32,000 bases of DNA from Acaryochloris marina MBIC11017 (GTDB taxonomy: Bacteria; Cyanobacteriota; Cyanobacteriia; Thermosynechococcales; Thermosynechococcaceae), in assembly GCF_000018105.1 (NCBI RefSeq), contig NC_009925.1:1440001-1472000 (forward strand), read 5' to 3'. Each line of letters starts with the position of its first letter. Position 1 is the stretch's first letter. The translations under genes were made by a program, and so were the position numbers. This document shows positions 1-9,405 of this stretch, piece by piece. The notes under the pieces are model-generated. The model did not search any database and was not told the origin of the DNA. It saw only the letters and a program-made list of their open reading frames with translations.

Positions 1-1
1 C

Positions 2-916
2 GCTTGCCCCCTGAAGGAAATGATTGTCGATGACTGCAAAAAAGCGGTTCAGGCATTGCCAGGCATTGAGTCCGTAGAGGTGGAAGTCACCGCAGAAACA
101 CCCCAGCAAAAGAGTGTGCCTGATCGTACTGGAGTGCCTGGAGTTAAAAATATTATTGCGGTTTCCAGCGGTAAAGGTGGGGTGGGTAAAAGCACGGTCG
201 CCGTCAATATTGCCGCTGCCTTAGCCCAGTCTGGCGCAAGTGTAGGCATGATTGATGCCGATATTTATGGCCCCAATGTACCCACCATGTTGGGCTTAGA
301 AGATGCCGTAGTCGAGGTCCGCAAAGAGGCGCAGGGAGATGTGATGGAACCTGCGATCGCACAAGGTATCAAACTCGTCTCCATGGGCTTTTTGATCGAC
401 AAAGATCAGCCGGTCATTTGGCGAGGTCCCATGTTAAACGGGATTATTCGCCAATTTCTCTACCAAGTGGATTGGGGGACCTTAGATTATCTGATTATTG
501 ATTTACCCCCCGGCACCGGAGACGCCCAACTTACCCTGGCCCAGGCAGTACCCATGGCAGGGGTGGTAATTGTCAGTACGCCCCAAAATGTTGCGCTCTT
601 AGATGCCCGCAAGGGACTGAAAATGTTCCAACAGTTGGGCGTGCCCGTATTGGGAGTCGTGGAAAACATGAGTTACTTTATCCCCCCTGATCGGCCTGAA
701 ACCCAATACGATATTTTCGGTTCTGGAGGTGGTGAAAAGATCTCCAAGGAATTAGGCGTTCCTTTAATTGGCTGTGTGCCTCTAGAGATTCCGGTCCGAG
801 AAGGCGGAGATCAAGGGAAACCGATTGTCCTCAATGGCTCATCTGCGTCTGCCCAAGCGTTCCAAAAAATTGCGACGGAGGTGGCAGCGAAGGTTTCGGT
901 CGCGGCTTTGACTTAA
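2..916 (+). CDS. mrp: Mrp/ApbC (NBP35-family) Fe-S cluster carrier ATPase; 5' end lies outside the window
   Basis: The frame is open from nt 2 (ACPLKEMIVDD...), so the ATG at 20 is internal. N-terminal DUF59-like segment. Deviant Walker A SSGKGGVGKST. Typical Mrp core (IDADIYGPN, IIDLPPGTGD, ENMSYF). Confidence 0.85.
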   Translation, partial: ACPLKEMIVDDCKKAVQALPGIESVEVEVTAETPQQKSVPDRTGVPGVKNIIAVSSGKGGVGKSTVAVNIAAALAQSGASVGMIDADIYGPNVPTMLGLEDAVVEVRKEAQGDVMEPAIAQGIKLVSMGFLIDKDQPVIWRGPMLNGIIRQFLYQVDWGTLDYLIIDLPPGTGDAQLTLAQAVPMAGVVIVSTPQNVALLDARKGLKMFQQLGVPVLGVVENMSYFIPPDRPETQYDIFGSGGGEKISKELGVPLIGCVPLEIPVREGGDQGKPIVLNGSSASAQAFQKIATEVAAKVSVAALT

Positions 917-970
917 GTTGTTAGTTTAAGACCACTGCTTTTCATACAGCCTTTAAGTTCCGATTCTTCC

Positions 971-2248
971 ATGCTCATCAATAAAACGCTGCGCAAATGG
1001 TTTCCCTGGCGAACCTGGATTCAGCCTTGGGACAATATCGACCGCTGGTTGCTGCTGTTAGCGATTGGGTTAACCGTGTTTGGCGGCATTTTAATTCGAA
1101 GTACCCAAGCCACTCAGGGTTGGACGGATTGGCTCCAACACTGGACCATTGGAGCGATTGGGGTGGCCATTGCTATGACGATTGCCACCTGGCCCTATCA
1201 AATTTTATTGAGTTTGCATTGGCTGATATATGCGGTGACGAACTTGTCCTTGATCGCCGTTATCGCCATCGGAACTAGCGAACTGGGGGCTCAGCGATGG
1301 ATCTCCGTTGCCGGTTTTAATGTGCAGCCATCTGAATTTGCCAAAGTGGGGGTCATTATTTCCCTGGCAGCCCTACTTCACCATCGACCCGCCACTAAGC
1401 TATCGTCAGTACTTCAGATTCTAGCCATTACTTTTGTGCCTTGGGCGTTAGTGCTAGTACAGCCCGACTTAGGAACATCTCTAGTGTTTGCGGCCATTAC
1501 CCTAGGCATGATGTATTGGGCCAATGCCAATTTGGGATGGATTGTGCTGCTCTTTTCTCCCTTAATTTCCGGCATTTTATTCAATATCCCCCCCACTTCC
1601 CATTGGTTATGGATTATTTGGGCGATTTGGTTGGTGACGATTGCGTTTATCGGTTGGCTCAGCATCCCTGTTCGGATGATCGGGGGACTTGGCGCTCTGT
1701 TGATTAATTTAGGCTCTGGTGTTTTGGGTAGAGTCGCTTGGGGATTTCTCCAGGATTATCAAAAAGCGCGGATTATCTTGTTTCTCGACCCTGAGCAAGA
1801 TCCTTTGGGTGGCGGCTATCACCTCATTCAATCTCGGATTGCCATTGGCTCCGGGCAGTTGTGGGGTCGAGGGCTGGACCAAGGCACCCAAACTGGGTTG
1901 AGTTTTATCCCGGAACAGCATACGGATTTTATTTTTTCAGCTGCGGGTGAGCAATTTGGCTTTGTCGGCAGTTTGCTTTTGATTGTCGCCATTTGGCTAT
2001 TATGCATGCGCCTAATCTTTGTGGCGTTGAATGCGGAAGACGATTTTGGCTCTTTAATCGCCATCGGTGTGCTGTCGATGGTTATTTTTCAGGTCTTTGT
2101 GAACATTAGTATGACCATCGGCCTGGCCCCTGTGACGGGAATTCCTTTGCCTTGGCTAAGCTATGGTCGTTCAGCCCTGTTGACGAACTTTATTGCCATA
2201 GGGCTGGTGGAATCCGTGGCCAACCATCGTAAAAAACGCAGATTTTAG
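971..2248 (+). CDS. rodA: Rod-shape-determining SEDS glycosyltransferase RodA (FtsW/RodA/SpoVE family)
   Basis: Polytopic membrane protein. The motif DPLGGGYHLIQSRIAIGSGQLWGRG...IPEQHTDFIFS matches RodA better than FtsW. Confidence 0.85.
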   Translation: MLINKTLRKWFPWRTWIQPWDNIDRWLLLLAIGLTVFGGILIRSTQATQGWTDWLQHWTIGAIGVAIAMTIATWPYQILLSLHWLIYAVTNLSLIAVIAIGTSELGAQRWISVAGFNVQPSEFAKVGVIISLAALLHHRPATKLSSVLQILAITFVPWALVLVQPDLGTSLVFAAITLGMMYWANANLGWIVLLFSPLISGILFNIPPTSHWLWIIWAIWLVTIAFIGWLSIPVRMIGGLGALLINLGSGVLGRVAWGFLQDYQKARIILFLDPEQDPLGGGYHLIQSRIAIGSGQLWGRGLDQGTQTGLSFIPEQHTDFIFSAAGEQFGFVGSLLLIVAIWLLCMRLIFVALNAEDDFGSLIAIGVLSMVIFQVFVNISMTIGLAPVTGIPLPWLSYGRSALLTNFIAIGLVESVANHRKKRRF

Positions 2249-2321
2249 CAGCTCCCCCGCGAAGGGGAATTAGTCCACTATGATAAAAAAGCTATTGTGA
2301 TGCAGTTAAGGTCTAAAACGA

Positions 2322-2519
2322 ATGAGCGCCATGATTTTGCCCGGTTCATCAGTTCGCGTTGTGAATACGGGTGATACCTATTTTGGATTTGAAGGCCAGG
2401 TCCAACGGGTTGCAGACGGTCAGGCCGCCGTTATTTTTGATGGGGGCAACTGGACCAAGATTGTCACGTTTCGCCTGCCCGAGTTAGAAATTGTCAAACG
2501 AGGCAAGGGCAAGAAGTAA
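2322..2519 (+). CDS. ndhS: NDH-1 complex subunit S (NdhS/CRR31-like, SH3-like small protein)
   Basis: The 65-aa product [52 protein letters not shown] resembles cyanobacterial NdhS (Ssl0352-type). The start could instead be the ATG at 2331. Confidence 0.75.
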   Translation: MSAMILPGSSVRVVNTGDTYFGFEGQVQRVADGQAAVIFDGGNWTKIVTFRLPELEIVKRGKGKK

Positions 2520-2531
2520 GGCTAGCAAGGC

Positions 2532-4322
2532 CTAGGACTGGTTGGCTTGTTGACAGGCCAAGTAGGTTGCTTCGACTAATTCCAGATCATCTAAGCCTAA
2601 TGCGAGGGGCTGGTTGTTTTGCCCCAGAAGGTTCCGAATTTGGTCGGCGAGTTTAGTGGTGATTTGCGATCGCATCCGTGATGCAAGCTGCGATCGATAT
2701 CCAAGAAAATCTCGCAACGTCAGAAATTGATCTGGCGTAATCGTTCTGAGCTGAGGATTTGCCACCAACTCTGCAGCCAGATGAGATATGCCGGGCGAAA
2801 CATCAAAAGGTTGTTGAGTCTCATCAGCCCCCTGTCGCTGATCCTGAACAACTAATGTGCCAGCCACCAAATCACCTAAACGTTTTTCTGATGAGGTGAC
2901 CGCAATCCGGATGACACCGATAAAGAAGAAAAACACATCAATACTGCTGAGCAAACTGCGAATACTACTTTCCCTAAGCCCCACCGGCCGTCCTGTATCT
3001 CGAACCACTCGGATTTTAGCGATTCTTTTACCTGGCGTTTGACCTCGCCATAGTGTTTCAAAGGCGATGAAATAGCAGTTGGATAAGGCAAATGTCAAAA
3101 ATGTGGCAATTGCTTCGATCCATTGATCGAGTTCACCTTGTTCGAAGGCCACACTAGCATTATTCAGAATGGGAACAAGGATAGTGAGATAAAGAATCGA
3201 ACCAAAATACCAAAATAGAATGATACCAACCCACAGCAGTAGCTGATCAATGGCCCAGGCAAGGGCTCGACTCCCAATTCCACCGAGTGCTAGATCGAGT
3301 TCGATACTTTCTGGTGTTTGCAAAATAACCCGTCGTAAATGGTTTTGCGGATTGGTGGCCGTGATATCAAGATCAAACGTTAGCCCCTCGTTGCGACTGC
3401 GTAAATCGTAATAAATGACAGCTTTGATCGCTTGATAAATCGGGAAAGCTACAATCGCAATAAATAAAATTGCAAAAATACTAAAAATAGACAAAAACAT
3501 ACTCACCGAGAAGGGAGGGATTAATAGCAATCCACAAATCATGACAATGGCTAGAGATTGCCACCCCTGCCCTCGGGTCAGCTGCCAGCTCCGTCGAATC
3601 GCGTCTCGAGCCGAGACATCCTCAAAAGCAATAACAACATCAAATAACCACAATCGAGCAATAAAGTAGCTAAAGAATAAGAACAGTCCTAGATAGAACA
3701 ATAAAACCAGAACAATAATCGTAATCAGAGTTAGCAGAGCAGAAGAAAAATCTTGCTCAGGCAACGAAAAGAAATCAACAAAATCTTGGTCGCGGATAGA
3801 CAAGAAAAAGCCTCTCAGGATTAAACCCAGAATAAATGCCAAGCCAAAATATAGTCCGACCAGGGCCAACCAGAATAACACTTCTCCACGAAAGAACCGC
3901 CATACGCGTGGAAATAGTCGTTTTTGAATGTCTTCCTTCGTTTCACTGCGGCTGACAAGTTTATTGAAAATAAGCTGGGAGAGTACACCGCCAATGGCCG
4001 TCTTCCGCCCCCGGCCAAAGGCCAACATCGGTAGAGTAAATAGCAGCGCCAAGATCCCCAGTTCGGCCCAATTGGACAACCCAATCGTTTGGCCAATAAC
4101 AGTCCCAACGCCTGCGCATAAAGATGCGCCCAACCCTGTTAAGAACAGCCAGAGATAGGACTGTAAGCTGGTTGTTATATAATCATCACTTTTTTCGCGA
4201 AAAAGCTGAATAGCGACGGTTACGATATTTCCAGCCGTCAGAGCAGAATGGATGCGATGACTGTTCGTGAAGCCCTGCCCATAGGCAGATCCTCCAGCAT
4301 TATTCGGTATATTCTCAGCCAT
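2532..4322 (-). CDS. Large polytopic membrane protein with an RDD domain in its C-terminal half
   Basis: 596 aa with many hydrophobic helices. RDD-type segment ALAWAIDQLLL...RGQTPGKRIAKIRVVRDTGRPVGLRESSIRSLL, followed by a soluble tail of about 100 aa. The N-terminal ~330 aa is unassigned. Confidence 0.7.
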   Translation of the reverse strand: MAENIPNNAGGSAYGQGFTNSHRIHSALTAGNIVTVAIQLFREKSDDYITTSLQSYLWLFLTGLGASLCAGVGTVIGQTIGLSNWAELGILALLFTLPMLAFGRGRKTAIGGVLSQLIFNKLVSRSETKEDIQKRLFPRVWRFFRGEVLFWLALVGLYFGLAFILGLILRGFFLSIRDQDFVDFFSLPEQDFSSALLTLITIIVLVLLFYLGLFLFFSYFIARLWLFDVVIAFEDVSARDAIRRSWQLTRGQGWQSLAIVMICGLLLIPPFSVSMFLSIFSIFAILFIAIVAFPIYQAIKAVIYYDLRSRNEGLTFDLDITATNPQNHLRRVILQTPESIELDLALGGIGSRALAWAIDQLLLWVGIILFWYFGSILYLTILVPILNNASVAFEQGELDQWIEAIATFLTFALSNCYFIAFETLWRGQTPGKRIAKIRVVRDTGRPVGLRESSIRSLLSSIDVFFFFIGVIRIAVTSSEKRLGDLVAGTLVVQDQRQGADETQQPFDVSPGISHLAAELVANPQLRTITPDQFLTLRDFLGYRSQLASRMRSQITTKLADQIRNLLGQNNQPLALGLDDLELVEATYLACQQANQS

Positions 4323-4401
4323 AGATATAGGCGGGCATCAATTGAAGACAATAGCTAGGATGCCCTAGTTTCAGCAAGACCGAGGAGAACAGACAGAAAA
4401 T

Positions 4402-5271
4402 TTATTGCTGACGCATTTTTTCTAGATAGCGATTCGCTCGAATCTCGGCCTCTGCCATCACCTGCTCCATGCTATCTACAATTTCTCCTGGGCGATTCTC
4501 CAACACTTTGGTTGACAAAGACACTCGCCCCCGTCCAGGGTCTAGATCCAGCACAATCGCTTTGATGGGTTCTCCAATCTTCAGGACTGCACTGAGATTA
4601 GGGACAAAGTTTTGGCTCACTTCTTTAATATGCAGTAATCCAGTCAATCCATCTAATTTAATAAAAGCGCCAAAGGGCTTGAGGTCAGAGACGGTACCAC
4701 TGACCAATTGCCCGATTTCCAATTCACCAATACGGCTGGATTGTTCAGCCATCCGGTTCGACAACACCAGCTTTTTGCGATCGGGATCGACTTCCAAAAA
4801 GGTGACCGTCAACTGACTGCCAATTTGTCCTTCTAAGTTATCTCGGTCTAACAGATGAGACCGAGGGATAAATCCCCGCAGGCCTTCAACATCAGCCGTT
4901 ACACCACCTTTGTTAACCCCTGTTATGGTGACCTGAACACTTTGGCTTTGAGATTGCAACTCTAATAATTTTGTCCAAAGATGCTTCAATTCCAAACGGC
5001 GAATCGACAACGTTACTTGGCCATTAGCATCCTGACCTTTAATGATCAAAAACTCACGCTCTTCATCTAAAGGAACTATTTCTTCCAGAGAGAATTGTTT
5101 ACGAAGAGAGGCTTCTTGGCTAGGGAGAAAAGCTGTGGCTTTACCCCCGATATCGATATAGGCACCATCACTGTCGTAATTAACAGTTTTTCCCTGCACT
5201 GTTTGTCCCACTTCAAAAGAATAATCATGTTGGGACAGTGCTTTAGCAAAATCGTCGGCTGAGAATGACAA
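4402..5271 (-). CDS. 30S ribosomal protein S1 homolog (three S1 RNA-binding domains)
   Basis: Repeated S1/OB motifs (GQTVQGKTV, VTITGVNKGGVTADVEGLRGFIPRSH, GQLVSGTVSDLKPFGAFIKL). Uses a TTG start, because an in-frame stop lies 7 codons upstream. Confidence 0.8.
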   Translation of the reverse strand: MSFSADDFAKALSQHDYSFEVGQTVQGKTVNYDSDGAYIDIGGKATAFLPSQEASLRKQFSLEEIVPLDEEREFLIIKGQDANGQVTLSIRRLELKHLWTKLLELQSQSQSVQVTITGVNKGGVTADVEGLRGFIPRSHLLDRDNLEGQIGSQLTVTFLEVDPDRKKLVLSNRMAEQSSRIGELEIGQLVSGTVSDLKPFGAFIKLDGLTGLLHIKEVSQNFVPNLSAVLKIGEPIKAIVLDLDPGRGRVSLSTKVLENRPGEIVDSMEQVMAEAEIRANRYLEKMRQQ

Positions 5272-5447
5272 GGTATCTTCCGGGCAGTCTAAAACATCTA
5301 TGGCTACAATCTTATAGCAAGTACCAAAGATGCAAATACAAAATTATTGTGAGTTTTTGGAACTCAAATTTTAACCGCAAGAAATGTGAGAAATATTGTT
5401 GGGACGCTATTCACCCGTTCGACCTTGCAATCCAGAAAATTTCAACC

Positions 5448-5478
5448 AAAAAGGCCAGGATTAGATCCCAGCCTTTTT
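5448..5478 (-). terminator. Rho-independent terminator downstream of the fasciclin gene
   Basis: AAAAA-GGCCAGGAT-TAG-ATCCCAGCC-TTTTT. The imperfect hairpin (GGC/GCC plus GGAT/ATCC) is flanked by A and T runs. On the minus strand it is followed by a U tract. Confidence 0.6.
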
Positions 5479-5527
5479 ACAATTAACGATTTGATTCGAG
5501 GGTTAGATATTGAATCCAGGACTCACT

Positions 5528-6202
5528 TTAGAGATCGGGAGGGAGCAAAACCTTATCAATCACATGAATCACACCATTGCTTCCCATCACATCAGCCTGA
5601 ACGACATTAGCATTGTTAACTGTGACTGCGCCGGATTCAACGGTCACTTTTACGGGTGCACCTGCAACGGTTGACACATCTCCAGACTCTAAATCGGTCG
5701 AGACAGCTTTTGCCGGTACAACATGATAAGTCAGAATTTTAACCAACTTATCTTTGTTCTCAGGCTTAAGCAGAGTATCCACTGTGCCAGCAGGTAGAGC
5801 AGCAAAGGCTTCTTCTGTAGGTGCAAAGACGGTAAAGGGTCCTTCGCCTGATAGGGTTTCTGCTAATTCTGCAGCTTTGATAGCTGCGACTAAGGTCTTA
5901 AAGGAGTCATTCGCACTGGCAACTTCAACAATGGTGCCTTCTGCACTAGCGTCAGAGGAGTCTTCCATTTCTGCACTAGGTGCTTCAGAATCCATTGCTT
6001 CAGCAGGGACAGTTTCCTCAGCGGCAGCGGAAGCAGCCTCACCGGTACACCGAGAGTTAAGGGGAAAGTGCTTACAGAGCACTTTCATGATTGCTGGGCT
6101 TAATTCAGCAGGAGCTTCAGAGCCACTGGTTTGAGCGGAAGCAATACTGGTAGTAGTAGCCAGGAGAAATAGGCTAATAATTGATAAACACTTGGTTTTC
6201 AT
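5528..6202 (-). CDS. Secreted fasciclin (FAS1) domain protein
   Basis: The start is most likely the ATG at 6202, which gives a signal peptide [23 protein letters not shown]. An acidic Ala/Glu/Ser linker follows. FAS1 motifs [31 protein letters not shown]. Confidence 0.85.
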   Translation of the reverse strand: MKTKCLSIISLFLLATTTSIASAQTSGSEAPAELSPAIMKVLCKHFPLNSRCTGEAASAAAEETVPAEAMDSEAPSAEMEDSSDASAEGTIVEVASANDSFKTLVAAIKAAELAETLSGEGPFTVFAPTEEAFAALPAGTVDTLLKPENKDKLVKILTYHVVPAKAVSTDLESGDVSTVAGAPVKVTVESGAVTVNNANVVQADVMGSNGVIHVIDKVLLPPDL

Positions 6203-6655
6203 TTGGACACACAAAACGCTACTGAACGAGAACAGCAATGATCATTAGAAGACCAAGCTGAAAAGTAAGGGATCACGATGATCCTCTACAAAACTTTATG
6301 AACTAACTTGTCTAAATATTAAAGCAAAATTAGCTTGAATAATTATTGTTGCATTTTTAGGGAGATTTGTTCCCCAAAAATGAGATTCAAAGGCAGGAAA
6401 TAAGTAATAATTTTATTTCTACAAAACAATAATCACATCTACATCCTTAATGTGAAGCGCGAAGAACTAAAATCTCTATTTTTATCGCTTTTAAGCGAGA
6501 AATAGAGGAAAAAGATCGACTAAAAGCTGTCCAAAGCGAGGATTCGTAGCTGTTCACGGTATTAATTTTCGTAAGACCCCCTAGAAAGTTGTCGGCCTTC
6601 TCCTAGACAATGCAACAGATATCCTAACGACACTACTTTTTTATGGAGGTCTCTA

Positions 6656-7246
6656 ATGCTCCCCACTCGGTGGTTGAGACGACTTGCTCCTATGCTTGTC
6701 GGCTTGATATTTCTAGTGACCGCTTGTTCATCTGCCCCCAATAAATATGACCAGGTACAAAAAGACACGACTGGTTTTGGAAAGCCTGCTGCTGTTAGTA
6801 AAGAGGCTCAAAAAGGTGGCACATTCAATCAATTTTTTCCCAAGAGTGAAGGAGACTTTGATGTTGTTCCATCCCAAGAAAAGAAGGGATTTGCTGCTTA
6901 CAAACTCAATAAAGATGGGGCCACTTTAGCCACCCTCAGTATCAATGACACCATCAGCTTGCCAGCGGCAGTTACAAAATACAGCACTGCAACAGAGAAC
7001 ATTGCCGGTTATCCCAGTGTGAATCAGGGCACAACCGCTACTGGCTTACTCGTCAATGGTCGGTACCAAGTCAAAGTTTTATCGAAAAGCACCTCTTTTT
7101 CCCAAACCGATCGGGTGGACTGGTTACAGAAGTTTGATCTAAAAGGATTGGCTGAACTAGAAGTGGCAGACAACAAGAGTTCGGATGCAAAGCAGTCTCC
7201 GAACGCGCCCCCCGCACTTAACCCAGTTCTGCAGCCAGCGGCTTAA
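6656..7246 (+). CDS. Hypothetical lipoprotein
   Basis: GGAGG precedes the ATG. Signal peptide with lipobox LVTAC. No recognisable catalytic motif. Confidence 0.65.
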   Translation: MLPTRWLRRLAPMLVGLIFLVTACSSAPNKYDQVQKDTTGFGKPAAVSKEAQKGGTFNQFFPKSEGDFDVVPSQEKKGFAAYKLNKDGATLATLSINDTISLPAAVTKYSTATENIAGYPSVNQGTTATGLLVNGRYQVKVLSKSTSFSQTDRVDWLQKFDLKGLAELEVADNKSSDAKQSPNAPPALNPVLQPAA

Positions 7247-7331
7247 GTTGGCATTCAGAGTCATCTTGACTACATAAATGTAGGCCAAGTCCTTATCCAA
7301 AATAGTGTTGGCAGATATTGAGGAGCCAGTC

Positions 7332-8216
7332 ATGAGTAAGAAAATTTATGAATTAGTGGATAAGCTGCCCAAAGGGGGCATCACAGTGATGGCCCTCAAG
7401 TCCTTAGATAAGTTTGTACCGGGGCAATGGGACAACCTAGTGGGCTTTGATCACACCATTAAAACTGTCACTGGGGAAACGGATCCGGCGATGGTTCAGG
7501 CCATTGGTGAACGGGCCATTACTTTGTTTAATGACAAGGGAGAGGGTTACCAGCGAGCCTTATGGTTGTACCAGTCGGTGGACTCCGCATCAGGCATGTT
7601 GGGAACGGCCGCCCTCGCCAATCGGTTGGGGCAAGATACGTTTTTAGGCTTTTTGAAGAATATTACCCCTAAGCCAGAAAAAGCCCAGACCATTGATTTG
7701 AGCGTCAAATTGGTCACTGAGGTTGTAGCGTTCTGCCATATCAACGGTATTCCTGGAGATAGTCTGGGGGATTTTCTCAAATCCTTGGGAGACTATAGTG
7801 GCGAATCGATTATGCGCATGGCTGCTTTAGTATCCTTCGATGGCGTCATTCCCTTGGGAGCGGAGTTTTCTTCAAAGGTGTTGTCCAGTATTAAAGGCAT
7901 GAGCCCTTCAGACTTAGACAACAACCGCACCTTTAAGGGGGTCAAAGATGCCATTCCAGGGGATAACTCCAAGGGCAAGTTGGCTTTTATCACTGAGAGT
8001 TTTGAGTCTACCCAGGGATGGATGGATAAGTTTGTCGCTGAGAAAGGGATTACCCAGGGTGGAGTGGTAGATGGGCTATCCCGATTCATTGAGGGGTCCC
8101 AAAGCAAGCTCGATTACCTGGGAGCCTTTCTGGATATTTCCGCCAAGTACTACGAGCATACAGGCGTACAAACCCTAGCTCGAAGGTTAATTGAACGATC
8201 GTTCGCTGAGTTGTAG
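7332..8216 (+). CDS. Hypothetical soluble protein (about 294 aa)
   Basis: Long ORF with GAGGAG 6 nt upstream of the ATG at 7332 (the track start at 7305 is GTG). No motif I can name. Confidence 0.6.
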   Translation: MSKKIYELVDKLPKGGITVMALKSLDKFVPGQWDNLVGFDHTIKTVTGETDPAMVQAIGERAITLFNDKGEGYQRALWLYQSVDSASGMLGTAALANRLGQDTFLGFLKNITPKPEKAQTIDLSVKLVTEVVAFCHINGIPGDSLGDFLKSLGDYSGESIMRMAALVSFDGVIPLGAEFSSKVLSSIKGMSPSDLDNNRTFKGVKDAIPGDNSKGKLAFITESFESTQGWMDKFVAEKGITQGGVVDGLSRFIEGSQSKLDYLGAFLDISAKYYEHTGVQTLARRLIERSFAEL

Positions 8217-8225
8217 GTCCCAATG

Positions 8226-8266
8226 GCTGCAAGGTCAACTTCAACCTAGGGGGTCGACCTTGCAGC
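8226..8266 (+). terminator. Stem-loop (11-bp perfect stem) directly after the 7332-8216 gene
   Basis: GCTGCAAGGTC (8226-8236) pairs with GACCTTGCAGC (8256-8266). The T tract is weak (tggatcttt), so terminator function is inferred. Confidence 0.5.
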
Positions 8267-8524
8267 TGGATCTTTGCCAACAATGGTGAGAACTTTCTGG
8301 GGGGGAAAAATTCTTTTCCCCAGATTAGGTGACCCGTTCAGCCCGATGAGGGGGCCATGGCCTGGAATAATCTTGGTTTCGCTATTTGCGATCGCAAGGA
8401 TGCACTCAATCGCCTCAATCAAACCGTACTGCCCTCGCGAAAAGACCCGCTTTAAATGAGTAGCCGGTTCCGCTAGCCCTAAGTTGAGAGGATTGAGCCG
8501 TTTGTTTAGGCAAAGGATCGGCAA
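8246..8524 (-). pseudogene. Probable C-terminal remnant of an MBL-fold metallo-hydrolase
   Basis: The translation contains GQYGLIEAIECILAIANSETKIIPGHGPL, which resembles the C-terminal ...PGHGP block of metallo-beta-lactamase-fold proteins. The roughly 200 N-terminal residues with the HxHxDH motif are absent. The ORF overlaps the 3' end of the sulfotransferase gene. Confidence 0.4.
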
Positions 8525-9222
8525 TGGGCAAGCAAGGTTCTATAGTCATCATCACACAGCTCAACAATGCTGGCAGCTTCTGCAGGATCGAGTTCTTGTT
8601 GCCAGCGATGTGCGCCTTTGATGGATAAATCGCTCTGATGCTTGTTTCGAGTCGGTCCTAATTGTTGCCTAGCAGCAGAGGCGATATCAGATGTACGGAT
8701 CGGCAGACCCAGGTGTTGGCATAGCCCTTGCAAGGTTTGTTGAGGCGTTTGGTAGATCTCAACATAGTCAATTAGAGTCAGACGCTCTGGAACACCATTG
8801 ATGGCCTGAAGTGCTTGTTGAGCATAGGTGCAAAAAGCTAAAGAGACCCCGTGCCAGAGAGACTCATGGGGACCAAAGCGTTGATTATCCGCCATCGTGG
8901 TCACTGTTGGATCGGAGGATTTTTGGGCTTCGGCTATAGAGCAATAGACATCCCTCGGATCGCGAACCAAATAGACAATTTGAGTTTGAGGGAAATCTTC
9001 AAGGATGCAATCTAAGCACTCCCCCATCCGGGGACATTTAACGATCTCGGCTTGTGCCAGTTCCTGATGATAGTCGCTAACCTGCCGATAGGCCTTCGCC
9101 ATATTTGGATGAAAAATCGCCCATTGCGGATCGTCCAACAATTGAAGATGGGTCATGGTCGCTAGCAGCCTGGCCGTGGCGCTAGTGCCTGAACGATGAA
9201 GCCCCGTCACTAAAATTTGCAC
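8506..9222 (-). CDS. Sulfotransferase family protein
   Basis: N-terminal PAPS 5'-phosphosulfate-binding loop VTGLHRSGTSATARLL and the later block YLVRDPRDV. Uses a GTG start. Confidence 0.65.
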   Translation of the reverse strand: MQILVTGLHRSGTSATARLLATMTHLQLLDDPQWAIFHPNMAKAYRQVSDYHQELAQAEIVKCPRMGECLDCILEDFPQTQIVYLVRDPRDVYCSIAEAQKSSDPTVTTMADNQRFGPHESLWHGVSLAFCTYAQQALQAINGVPERLTLIDYVEIYQTPQQTLQGLCQHLGLPIRTSDIASAARQQLGPTRNKHQSDLSIKGAHRWQQELDPAEAASIVELCDDDYRTLLAHCRSFA

Positions 9223-9405
9223 GAATAATTCGCCGATTCAGCCTGAACGATGATCACGATCTGAACATATCAAGAATCCGGCAATTGAACGAGACCTGAG
9301 CGTACCGATTTGGTTTGGGGGGACTTATAGGTCAAAATAGTGAGGGGCACCTTGTGGCCCTGAGGATTGACCTCAGTTCAACCTAGTCTATTGTTCCGGT
9401 GAGAA

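Noticed and set aside
5265-5610. Two 73-74 aa plus-strand ORFs between the S1 and fasciclin genes.
   Set aside because: They span the fasciclin terminator hairpin and run into the 3' end of the fasciclin gene. They have no SD sequence or motifs.
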